Origin: a virus
Reading direction: 5' to 3' (one strand)
Length of the DNA: 64,000 nucleotides
IMG/VR virus record: IMGVR_UViG_3300033146_003076
Location: 1 to 64,000 of that record
Part shown: positions 10,409-19,134 of the stretch, in pieces
How the letters are laid out: each line of letters begins with the position of its first letter
Numbering within the stretch: the first letter of the stretch is position 1
Program-made: the position numbers and the translations under genes
Notes under the pieces: generated by a model
Told to the model about the DNA's origin: nothing
The model's input: the letters and a program-made list of their open reading frames with translations, nothing else
The model's database searches: none

Positions 10409-11725
10409 ATGAATATAAGAACTAATTTAGAAGCTGAATATCTTTTTAATGGTAATGCTAATGATACTTCTGGTAATGGTAATAATGGTACTGTCACTGG
10501 TGCTACTTTAACTACTGATAAGTTTGGTAGATTAAATAGAGCTTATAGCTTTACTGGTACAAGTGGAGTAGACCAAGATATTATAGAAACAGATTTTACA
10601 TTTGCGACAGGTGATAAAACTGCTTCCTTTTGGTTTAAAACATCCCACACTGGTGCGTATCAACAAATGATGGCATCTAATTCGTTTGTAGGTAGTGCCG
10701 ATACTGGAATGGTAATTTTAATTACTTCTACAAATTATTTGGCTGTTTACATTGGTAATGCTGGTGGATCATCAGAACAATATTTAGACGCTAGTATTAA
10801 TGAAATTGTTACAGATAATGAATGGCATTTTGTTACAGCAACATTAAGTGGTACAACTTTATCATTAAATCTTGATAATGAACATTTTAATAGTTCTAGC
10901 ACAACTTCCGAATCAGAAGTTCAAACATACCCAGTTTCGTTTGGTGCGTCAACACAATCTACTAAATCATTTCCTTATACTGGACAATTAGCTTCACCTA
11001 TGCTTTGGTCAAGAGCATTATCAGCAGATGAAGTAACTCAGTTATATAATGATACAAAAACACAATACTCTTTATTCGATGATTGTGAATTATATTTAGA
11101 CTTTAAAGGTAATGCTAAAGATTGTAGTGGTAATGGTAATGATGGAACAGTTACAGGAGCTACTCTTACAACAGACCATTTAGATATAGCAAACCAAGCT
11201 TATGATTTTAACGGAAGTAGTTATTATATTGATTGTGGTGGAATAAGTACAGTACAAAGTATTAGTATTTGGATAAACCCTACAAGTGATATAACCACTT
11301 CCTCTGCCAATGGTGGAATTTTCGAAATGAGTGCGGGGAATGTATTATATTGTGGTGCTTATACTAGTGCTATACCTAACGAAATTTTAACCCTTCGTGC
11401 TGATAGTAATAAATATATATACTGGCAATCTTCCCAATTCACAGATAGTAAAATACCTGGTGGTGAATGGACTCATTTAGCTATAACTTTTCCAACAACT
11501 TCAACCGCTATATTATATGTTAATGGTGTTGCTAAAACTGCTAGTTATTATGATTCTCCTGTTGTTGATACAAATTGGGATGCTTTTTTAATTGGCGGGG
11601 GGAGTTACTATTTCAACGGTAAAATAGCTTCACCTATATTATGGTCCAGAGCTTTATCAACAGATGAAGTAACAAAATTATACGATTTAACAAAACATAA
11701 ATACATATATAAAAATGGGAATTAG
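10409..11725 (+). CDS. Tandem LamG/concanavalin-like domain virion protein
   Basis: Two units of F.GNA.D.SGNGN.GTV.GATLTTD...W.H/F...RALS.DEV..LY. Confidence 0.85.
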   Translation: MNIRTNLEAEYLFNGNANDTSGNGNNGTVTGATLTTDKFGRLNRAYSFTGTSGVDQDIIETDFTFATGDKTASFWFKTSHTGAYQQMMASNSFVGSADTGMVILITSTNYLAVYIGNAGGSSEQYLDASINEIVTDNEWHFVTATLSGTTLSLNLDNEHFNSSSTTSESEVQTYPVSFGASTQSTKSFPYTGQLASPMLWSRALSADEVTQLYNDTKTQYSLFDDCELYLDFKGNAKDCSGNGNDGTVTGATLTTDHLDIANQAYDFNGSSYYIDCGGISTVQSISIWINPTSDITTSSANGGIFEMSAGNVLYCGAYTSAIPNEILTLRADSNKYIYWQSSQFTDSKIPGGEWTHLAITFPTTSTAILYVNGVAKTASYYDSPVVDTNWDAFLIGGGSYYFNGKIASPILWSRALSTDEVTKLYDLTKHKYIYKNGN

Positions 11726-12365
11726 TCAAGACGATAATTTAAAATTGTATCTACCTATGAATGAAGGTAGTGGAACCACTTGTAATGATTACAGTGGAGA
11801 AGGTAATAATGGAACTATAACTGGTGCTAGTTGGACAAGTAAGAAGGATAGAGATAATGTACTGAGCTTTGATGGGACTGATGATTATGTTAATTGTGGC
11901 ACTAATATTTTGACAACAGCGGCAACATCTTTTAGTCTTTGGATAAAAAAATCTAGTGACACTATGAAACCATTTGCAGGATTAAAAATAGGGGGTGCTG
12001 GTGGTTCTATTTTTTATTGGGGTTCCACAGATGGAGGAACTGGTAGTGCTATGATGGGGTTTAGGGGTGAGCACGAGATTTATACCCCAACTAACTCATT
12101 AACTTCAGGGGTGTGGCAACATCTTATGTTTATTTATGATGGAAACAATGATGATTCTGTTACAAGTTACAAAATATATATTAATAATATAAATCAAATA
12201 TTAACCAGAAGGGGAGGTCTCATAACGGGGTCTACAACAACAAATTTTATTGGCTCAGAAAATGCAGGTTCCTTTGATGGTATTATTTCAGACGTACAAA
12301 TCTTTGACAAAGCTTTAACACAAGAACAAATAACACATATTTATAAAACAACTTACAGAGAATAA
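11715..12365 (+). CDS. LamG domain protein
   Basis: EGSGTT..DYSGEGNNGT, FDGTDDYV, WQHL, FDGIISDVQIFDKALT. Confidence 0.85.
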   Translation: MGISQDDNLKLYLPMNEGSGTTCNDYSGEGNNGTITGASWTSKKDRDNVLSFDGTDDYVNCGTNILTTAATSFSLWIKKSSDTMKPFAGLKIGGAGGSIFYWGSTDGGTGSAMMGFRGEHEIYTPTNSLTSGVWQHLMFIYDGNNDDSVTSYKIYINNINQILTRRGGLITGSTTTNFIGSENAGSFDGIISDVQIFDKALTQEQITHIYKTTYRE

Positions 12366-12377
12366 GGAGGAACAAAA

Positions 12378-12638
12378 ATGGCAACAAAACAAGAAGAATT
12401 TAATGCTTTTTTAGAAGCACAAGAAGTAGAAGGGTACAAATTAGGGGATATAGAAGGTACACCTGAAGCTGATATGATTAAATATACAGAACTTAAAATA
12501 GGAGTTAAACAAGAAGCTGCTAAATTAGAAGCGTTTAATAAAGTATGGGATTTAAAGTTTCAAGAATTATCAGAAGAACAAGACGCTGCTAGAATAGCTT
12601 TAGGAAAAGAAAAGCAAACAGCACAAGATTTATTGTAA
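12378..12638 (+). CDS. Hypothetical protein (possible fibre chaperone)
   Basis: AGGAGG RBS, helical, follows the LamG genes. Confidence 0.4.
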   Translation: MATKQEEFNAFLEAQEVEGYKLGDIEGTPEADMIKYTELKIGVKQEAAKLEAFNKVWDLKFQELSEEQDAARIALGKEKQTAQDLL

Positions 12639-12680
12639 ATAATTATTTTTTTATAATTTATTTTTGTCAAGGAAGAGAAA

Positions 12681-13406
12681 ATGTTAATAGAAAACTATAA
12701 TGAAAATATAACAAAAGAGTTAAGTAGTAGTAATATCTTAGAAGAGACTGATATGTTACTTTTGGAAAAGAATATGGGTTCCATAAAACATGCCTTAAAA
12801 CATTCACAGATTTTTAGGACTGATGTTGAGGCTAGAGTTAGTGTTTTAAATGATATAAAACATCCTGATGCTGATAGTAAATATTGGCAATCTATGCGTG
12901 AATTAAAAGTTCAAAGTGACCAAATGTTTTATTTAAATTTTGATTATAAAGAAAAGATTATTGATCAAGAAGAACTTGAACATTTCCTTTTAACAAAAGA
13001 TTATGAAAACAATTTTGATAAAAAGCGTGATAAGATAAAACTTGAAAAAGTTAAATATGAATTATTACAGATGGAATTAACAGCAAAAGACAGAATTCGT
13101 GAAATTGATATGTGGAGTAAGATTCAAAAAGAATTAGAACCTGTAATGAAATATAGTAAAGATGATGTTAATGAGCATCAATTATTAAGTTATGGTTCAA
13201 GGTTTATTAATGAATATATTACTTCCATAAATATGAAATCTAAACCTAGCCCTTCAGAAGCAAGAAATGCCCAGGGATTACTTTTAACCACTCTTAGCAA
13301 AATAGAAAAAGATGGAAAAATGGATTTGTTATGGGATAAATCATCTATTGAAGTGAGAGATTTTTTAATTAAAAATAATTTGGTTAAAAATAAAACAATT
13401 AGTTAA
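12681..13406 (+). CDS. Conserved phage coiled-coil protein
   Basis: RVSVLND.KHP...SKYWQ.MRE motif followed by a coiled coil. Confidence 0.45.
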   Translation: MLIENYNENITKELSSSNILEETDMLLLEKNMGSIKHALKHSQIFRTDVEARVSVLNDIKHPDADSKYWQSMRELKVQSDQMFYLNFDYKEKIIDQEELEHFLLTKDYENNFDKKRDKIKLEKVKYELLQMELTAKDRIREIDMWSKIQKELEPVMKYSKDDVNEHQLLSYGSRFINEYITSINMKSKPSPSEARNAQGLLLTTLSKIEKDGKMDLLWDKSSIEVRDFLIKNNLVKNKTIS

Positions 13407-13424
13407 TTATATTAAGGAGTTATT

Positions 13425-14033
13425 ATGTGTATAAAATTATGTAAAGTTAAACATTGTAATCATAAACATTATGCAAAAGGTTACTGTGCCAAACATTGGA
13501 AACAAATAAATAGGTATGGAAAAATATTAAACAGAACTAGATTTGATTTAAATGAAATAATTAATTACAAAAAACATGCTGAAATAGTTATTTATAATAA
13601 ACATAAAAAAGGTTGTGAACCCAAAGAAAAATGCAGGTCTATTATTGATTTAAAAAATGTTGATAAAGTTAAATCTTTTAAATGGTCATTAACAGCTTTG
13701 GGTTATGTAAAATGTGTTAATCAAAGAATATGGTTACATCGATTAATTACCACTTGCCCAGGTGGAAAGTATGTAGATCATATAAATCATAATCTTTTAG
13801 ATAATAGAAATATAAATTTAAGAATAGTTACTATCCAACAAAATAATCAAAATAATAGTGTATCAAAAGGATATAGTTGGGATAAGTCTAAAAAAAGTTT
13901 TGAAGTGTATATTAATATTAATGGAAGGAAAAAATATATTGCCTTAACAAAAACAGAAAAAGAAGCGATAATATTAAGAAAAAAAGCTGAAATAAAATAT
14001 TTTAAGGAATATAGGTATAAAAAAATAGAATAA
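13425..14033 (+). CDS. HNH homing endonuclease with C-terminal AP2-like domain
   Basis: N-terminal C..C..GYC.KH zinc motif, LHRLI...VDHINHNLLDNR..NLR, and an AP2-like KGYSWDK tail. Confidence 0.85.
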   Translation: MCIKLCKVKHCNHKHYAKGYCAKHWKQINRYGKILNRTRFDLNEIINYKKHAEIVIYNKHKKGCEPKEKCRSIIDLKNVDKVKSFKWSLTALGYVKCVNQRIWLHRLITTCPGGKYVDHINHNLLDNRNINLRIVTIQQNNQNNSVSKGYSWDKSKKSFEVYININGRKKYIALTKTEKEAIILRKKAEIKYFKEYRYKKIE

Positions 14034-14135
14034 AAAATATGATAGTAAAAGATTAGATGTGAACAACTGTATGGTTTGGTTGGATGTTGTTTGTGTTGAC
14101 ATAAACTTTACTTAATAAAAAAAGGTAAAAATAAA

Positions 14136-14426
14136 ATGGCACAATATTCAGCAGTATATGGAACAGCTCGTTATGGTATGTCTCGTTATGGCGTACTTTT
14201 AAATGAGCTTGAAGGAGAAGTTTGGATCAAGAAAAAAGTAATTCAAACTATATCTGGCAGTGTTTTTATTAAGGGGAAAAATGAAGAATCTATTTCTGGT
14301 TCTGTTTATATATTCGGTTCCGGAGAACATATTTCAGGTTCTATTTATATTTGTAATCCTGAACTTCCTTTGATGATAGATTTAGATTTAGAACCGCCAC
14401 AGCTTTTGTCTGTGTCTATAATGTGA
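14136..14426 (+). CDS. Virion protein
   Basis: YG.ARYG.SRYG start and ISGSV(F/Y)I repeats. Confidence 0.4.
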   Translation: MAQYSAVYGTARYGMSRYGVLLNELEGEVWIKKKVIQTISGSVFIKGKNEESISGSVYIFGSGEHISGSIYICNPELPLMIDLDLEPPQLLSVSIM

Positions 14427-14439
14427 GGAAAAATAAAAA

Positions 14440-15312
14440 ATGGCAGTACTTTTAAAATGGAAAAAACCATCCAGTGAATCTAACTATAATTCAGTTTATA
14501 TTTATAGGTCTGATACTGAGTTGGGTGTTTATGCAGAGGTTGGAAATCAACCTATTTGTGATGCCAGTTATTATGATATGGCTGGTTCTGGTGAATCTTG
14601 GTATAGAATTAGATTTTATGATAGTACTTCTGCTACATATTCTGATTATTCTGATGCTATGCAGGGTGGAGACTTTTATGCTTATTGTTCTCTTAATGAT
14701 ATTCGTGTTGCTACCAATATCACTTCAAATCAGGTTAATGATACAGATTTAGCCCAGATAATGAAATTTTCTTGTACTCAACTAAATAATGATATAAATA
14801 TTTTGGTTAATGATGAGAAAGTTTTAGAATTAGATGTTGAACGTGATAATACTATTAATGGTACAAATGTTACTTTTTATACTGTTAATCGTTTTATTGG
14901 TGATAAGAATAATGATTTCATTGTTAATACTGATGATGTTGTTGCTTATACTTTGAATGCTGATGGTACTCGTTTGAATTATGCAATTTCTAGTATTGAT
15001 GCTAATTTAGGTAAAATTGTTTTAGGTATTGCTCCTCCTTCTGGAGAACAATTATATTTTACTTATGTTTATGCTATGCGTAGAGTTGATGTTGTTGATT
15101 CTATGATCCGTGATGCTGCAATTTTATGTACTGCAATGTGGTGTTATCGTAAATTAAATACTGGTAAAGCTACTCGGTTTAAGATGGGCAGTTTAACAGT
15201 TTTCCGTGATATGAATTCCCCCAAAGATTTTAGATTGCTTTATTATGAAGCAATTACTAATATTAATGCTGGAGTTATTGCAAATATTGCTGAAACAGAT
15301 TTAATTATATAA
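14440..15312 (+). CDS. Head-tail adaptor with N-terminal Fn3-like domain
   Basis: N-terminal LKW...YIYRS...WYRIRF, then YCSLNDIR...IRDAAIL, typical of gp6-like adaptors; neck position. Confidence 0.55.
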   Translation: MAVLLKWKKPSSESNYNSVYIYRSDTELGVYAEVGNQPICDASYYDMAGSGESWYRIRFYDSTSATYSDYSDAMQGGDFYAYCSLNDIRVATNITSNQVNDTDLAQIMKFSCTQLNNDINILVNDEKVLELDVERDNTINGTNVTFYTVNRFIGDKNNDFIVNTDDVVAYTLNADGTRLNYAISSIDANLGKIVLGIAPPSGEQLYFTYVYAMRRVDVVDSMIRDAAILCTAMWCYRKLNTGKATRFKMGSLTVFRDMNSPKDFRLLYYEAITNINAGVIANIAETDLII

Positions 15313-15331
15313 GGAGAAAGGTATTGTAAAA

Positions 15332-15694
15332 ATGGTAGGAATAATATGTGATGGTACAATGATTGATGATATAATAGATGAATTTAGTATCCCTATAATT
15401 TGTCGTGTTGTTTCTAAATCTTTTGTTGATGAGTATGGTGATGCATCTGAATCTTATAAAGATTACAGTATTAATGTTGTGGTTCAATCTTGGTCTGCTG
15501 ATACTCAAGAGGTTAAAGAAGGAATGTTTCATGCTGGTGCTTTAACTTTAACTTTTCGTCAGGATGATCAATTTCTTGCTGTTGAAGGTAATAAGGTAAA
15601 ATACTTGGATGTTTGGTATAAGATTAATCGTGTAATTAAACAACCTATTGCTGGCACTTTATATTATGTGTATTGTTTACTTAAGAAGGGGTAA
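15332..15694 (+). CDS. Head closure protein
   Basis: Size, position and DEYGD...GNKVKY..VWYKI..V pattern. Confidence 0.55.
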   Translation: MVGIICDGTMIDDIIDEFSIPIICRVVSKSFVDEYGDASESYKDYSINVVVQSWSADTQEVKEGMFHAGALTLTFRQDDQFLAVEGNKVKYLDVWYKINRVIKQPIAGTLYYVYCLLKKG

Positions 15695-15705
15695 TTTATT
15701 ATAAT

Positions 15706-16074
15706 ATGAAAAAAGACATTTTGTTTTTTGTAATTTTAATTTCTCTACTTTTTTTCTTTTTTTATTCAACTTTTTCCAATATTTCTTATCTTGAGAAGGA
15801 GGTTAGGCATGAAGTTGATTCTGTTAAAAAGTTTTATTTTTATAATCATACTGATGATGGCCTTTTCCGTAATAAATCTGAATTAATTAAGTTTGGGGGG
15901 GATTGTGAAACTTGGGCTTTGTATTATAATTCTATATTTAGTGAGAAATATTATACTTCTTTGTTAGTGTTTCCTTTTGATGAATATAAGAATCATGCTG
16001 TTTTATCTGTTTCTGATGGTTCTGAATATTGTATAATTAATCAGGTGTATTATGATTGTTATCAGATTGAATGA
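15706..16074 (+). CDS. Membrane-anchored transglutaminase/papain-like protein
   Basis: N-terminal TM segment, GGDCETWA and NHAV (Cys-His pair). Confidence 0.45.
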   Translation: MKKDILFFVILISLLFFFFYSTFSNISYLEKEVRHEVDSVKKFYFYNHTDDGLFRNKSELIKFGGDCETWALYYNSIFSEKYYTSLLVFPFDEYKNHAVLSVSDGSEYCIINQVYYDCYQIE

Positions 16075-16077
16075 ATA

Positions 16078-16105
16078 GGAAGTTTTATAAATAAATTTAA
16101 TCATA
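16078..16105 (+). promoter_or_regulatory. Late promoter, copy 2, heading the tail operon
   Basis: 22-bp identity with 3393-3414, with GGAA upstream in both copies. Confidence 0.7.
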
Positions 16106-16218
16106 ATATACTATATAGATATAGTAATATAATCTATGTTAATCACATTTAATTGTGATTTATTATTATAAGAGATGATTGTTGTTGTCTCTTTTATACC
16201 GTTGTTGCGGAGCTTAGA

Positions 16219-16701
16219 ATGACAAATAAAACTATTACTTCAAAAATACATGTTTTAGGTCTAAATCCTTCTTCTCTTTACAGCGACATTTACAAAATAT
16301 TTTATAATGTTTTAAAACGTAATGTTTGTGTTGGCACCAAGCGTGTTTGGTTCAGTGCATTTCCTGATATTGATATTGATAATAAAGATGATTATCCTTT
16401 TTTCATTATTGATTCCCCTTCCTTAGAAGATAGTAAATTCACACAAATCCGTGAAAAAATAAATACTAGTATTGATATTGAGGTTAGTACAACAAGTTCT
16501 CGAACAAGAGATGAATATGCTTCAGATATTTTATATCAATTAAAATTAAATAAACATTATTTACGAAAACTTGGTATTACAAAATTAAAATTAGTTGGTG
16601 ATGATTCCAGTATGATTATGCGTGATGAAATTAAGATTCATACAAAATCATTAAGTTACACTTTTGAATTTGTTCAAACCAAGGTGTCACCATCATGGTA
16701 A
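16219..16701 (+). CDS. Tail terminator-like protein
   Basis: FPD...YPFFII pattern and position. Confidence 0.5.
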   Translation: MTNKTITSKIHVLGLNPSSLYSDIYKIFYNVLKRNVCVGTKRVWFSAFPDIDIDNKDDYPFFIIDSPSLEDSKFTQIREKINTSIDIEVSTTSSRTRDEYASDILYQLKLNKHYLRKLGITKLKLVGDDSSMIMRDEIKIHTKSLSYTFEFVQTKVSPSW

Positions 16702-17195
16702 CTTTACCCCCTGTTGGTTTAACAATAAAAACTAGCGTTAAAAAAATAAAAGGTAAACGTATTTTATTACCTTCAACTTGGAGAAAGTTTAGTGAAGAAT
16801 TGATGGATGATTATTCCAAAAAAACTTTACGTGCTATCAGGAAATACGCACCAAAGGGCCAGACTGGTTATTTCAAAAGTAATATTAAAATTGATAAAGG
16901 TGGAAAATTAATTAAAACTATAAGTTTTGGTGGAGTTCCATGGGTTGAGGCTTTAGAAAAAGGTTGGAAAGGTCATTGGATTCCACGTTATTGGGTGGAC
17001 CAATATACTAAATTTCCTGGAAATGCTCGTTTCAAACAATTAAGTAAAGCCGAAATTGCTAATACTGGCGGTTGGTTTTATTCAAATTCAGTAAATTATA
17101 AACATAAAGGTTTTATCAAAAAGGGTTTTCTTGCTGGTCAAAAGAACTTCCAAGGAACTGTTGATAAATCTTTTAACAAAACAATAAAACGGTGA
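16695..17195 (+). CDS. HK97 gp10-like tail completion protein
   Basis: AP...TGYFKSNI...VPW...LEKG...FIKKG. Confidence 0.55.
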   Translation: MVTLPPVGLTIKTSVKKIKGKRILLPSTWRKFSEELMDDYSKKTLRAIRKYAPKGQTGYFKSNIKIDKGGKLIKTISFGGVPWVEALEKGWKGHWIPRYWVDQYTKFPGNARFKQLSKAEIANTGGWFYSNSVNYKHKGFIKKGFLAGQKNFQGTVDKSFNKTIKR

Positions 17196-17452
17196 TTATA
17201 ATGACAAAGTATAAGATAACAAATGTTTCACGTTTAACAACACGAATTAAGTATGGTGATAATGATTTTGAGTTTATAAAAAATAAAGAAGTTATAGAGA
17301 CAGATAAAAAACCACTAAATAAAACATGTGGTATAACGATTGAAATCGTTCCTGAACAGATTATGAAAGAAGAGAAGAAAATTAAAGTTTCTTTTAAAGA
17401 GACTGTAAAAAAAGAATTAAAAAAAGAAAATAATAATCAGGAGGATGATTAA
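17192..17452 (+). CDS. Hypothetical protein
   Basis: ORF in the tail operon. Confidence 0.4.
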   Translation: MIIMTKYKITNVSRLTTRIKYGDNDFEFIKNKEVIETDKKPLNKTCGITIEIVPEQIMKEEKKIKVSFKETVKKELKKENNNQEDD

Positions 17453-17454
17453 AT

Positions 17455-18114
17455 ATGGGAGTAAGTGATTTAACAGTAGAACAATGGACTGAGATCGCAT
17501 TTGTAGAAATTGCAGATAATGCGGAAACCCCTAATGTGGTTCAGTTTGGTACAATAACAGATACATTAGATATTTCAATTGGTACACGAGATGTAGAGGC
17601 TATAGCTTTATTAAGTTCTGGTAGAGTTGCAAAGTTTACACCGGAAGATGTAACAGAAATAACATTAGAATTATATCCAATTGGTGTAACATCAATAGGA
17701 TCTTCACCAAATGGTATTTTAGCTTGGTATTGGGGACAAAATCCTGGAACTAATGCTGGAAGGAATGAATTTGGTAGAAAATATTTTAGGGTTAGTATGT
17801 TATGGACTAATACAATTACAGATTTGACCTCAGTTCCTTTGGTAAGTGCTGGGCAGGAGACTATTGGTGATTATTTGAGAATGTCATTTTGGATGAGTTA
17901 TATGACTGATGCTAAGATGGATTTCACAGATGATATTTTAAAACAAACTGTAACATTTAAATGTTTACCATTTGACCGTGCTGGTGCTTCAAGAATAGTT
18001 TTCGAAGAATACTATGTTGATGGTTCAACAGTAGAGTATATGCCTGTTATGCCCGCCTTTATCAGTGGAGTTGCACCAACAGATCCAACTACTTGGGCGA
18101 ACCCAACTCCTTAA
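17455..18114 (+). CDS. Major tail tube protein
   Basis: GGAGG RBS, 219 aa acidic beta-rich protein, followed by a terminator like that after the MCP, upstream of the chaperones and tape measure. Confidence 0.65.
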   Translation: MGVSDLTVEQWTEIAFVEIADNAETPNVVQFGTITDTLDISIGTRDVEAIALLSSGRVAKFTPEDVTEITLELYPIGVTSIGSSPNGILAWYWGQNPGTNAGRNEFGRKYFRVSMLWTNTITDLTSVPLVSAGQETIGDYLRMSFWMSYMTDAKMDFTDDILKQTVTFKCLPFDRAGASRIVFEEYYVDGSTVEYMPVMPAFISGVAPTDPTTWANPTP

Positions 18115-18116
18115 AC

Positions 18117-18145
18117 ATTTATTTTTTTATTTTTTATTTTTATTT
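18117..18145 (+). terminator. Oligo(T) terminator
   Basis: ATTTATTTTTTTATTTTTTATTTTTATTT. Confidence 0.65.
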
Positions 18146-18162
18146 CAAAGTGAGGTTGTATT

Positions 18163-18501
18163 ATGGAAGAAGAATTTCAAGATATAAAGAAGAGAATATT
18201 TAAACATAAAAACTCAGAGGAACTATTTCTAAAACGTGTTCCTGTAGGTACTGTTAAATTGTTTAAAGCTTATGCGAACGATGAGTTTGCTGGTGATTAT
18301 GGATTATGCCTTAAAAGTATGACTGATGAATTATTAGTTAAACCTCCTATTTATATGAATTTACAAGAACAATTATTTAAATTATTTGAAGAACTTGAAG
18401 AATTAAAAAAGAAGATTGAAGGTATTGACTCTCCTGAAACTGAGTCAAATAATATTGTTGAACGTGTTAATGGCGTTAGAATGATAAAAAGAAAAGATTG
18501 A
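18163..18501 (+). CDS. Hypothetical coiled-coil protein
   Basis: ORF with GAGG RBS. Confidence 0.4.
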   Translation: MEEEFQDIKKRIFKHKNSEELFLKRVPVGTVKLFKAYANDEFAGDYGLCLKSMTDELLVKPPIYMNLQEQLFKLFEELEELKKKIEGIDSPETESNNIVERVNGVRMIKRKD

Positions 18502-18899
18502 GGATTAAAAAAATGGGAATAGATATTGAAAAATTTAAAAGACACTGTAATATGGGTGTTGATGTTATTTTAGAAAATGATGATGGTGCGAAGGATACTT
18601 TTAAATTAAAACCTTTAAATCCAAAACAGTTAGTACAATTTAATATTTTGGCTGAAGGTTATGAAGCTGGAACTTTATCTGATAAAGATACAGAGTCTAT
18701 GTTTGATTTATTTACAGATGTTGTATTAAATTCATTTCCAGAATTAGACAAATCACTTGCCGAAAATTTCGCATTAAATAATTTAATTAATTTTATGAGT
18801 ATTATGGACAAATTGGCTCCTAAAGTTGATAAAAAGAAAATGGATCAATTAAAAAAAATGAAAGCATTACAACAATCTAAAGTTGCTTCCAATGAATGA
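18498..18899 (+). CDS. Tail assembly chaperone-like protein
   Basis: Lies between the tube and tape measure genes; F.LKPL motif. The start is probably the ATG at 18513. Confidence 0.5.
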   Translation: MRIKKMGIDIEKFKRHCNMGVDVILENDDGAKDTFKLKPLNPKQLVQFNILAEGYEAGTLSDKDTESMFDLFTDVVLNSFPELDKSLAENFALNNLINFMSIMDKLAPKVDKKKMDQLKKMKALQQSKVASNE

Positions 18900-19134
18900 A
18901 TTAACTAAAAAGTCAATTATGGGTCGTGTTTTAGGTGGAAATAACAATTCCCCTAAAGATGTTGCTGACCAATTTATCCAAATCCACCATATTTTTATGA
19001 AAGAGTATGGTTGGATACACCCTGATGTATTTTATTCATTACCTATTGATTTCATTAATAATATGGTAAAAGAAATAAATAATAGTCGAAAAGAAGAAAA
19101 TAAGAAAAATAAAAAAAAAGGTAGAAAAAGGTAA
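18892..19134 (+). CDS. Second tail chaperone-like protein
   Basis: ATG overlaps the upstream stop; MKEYGW..P..FYSLP pattern, directly before the tape measure. Confidence 0.5.
   Translation: MNELTKKSIMGRVLGGNNNSPKDVADQFIQIHHIFMKEYGWIHPDVFYSLPIDFINNMVKEINNSRKEENKKNKKKGRKR

Noticed and set aside
10409-12365. Diversity-generating retroelement acting on the LamG or fibre repeats
   Set aside because: No reverse transcriptase is present, and differences between repeats are not adenine-specific.
18841-18899. Programmed -1 frameshift between the tail chaperone ORFs at the A8 run
   Set aside because: The downstream ORF is in the +1 frame, has stops at 18850 and 18859 around the A run, and has its own ATG overlapping the upstream stop.
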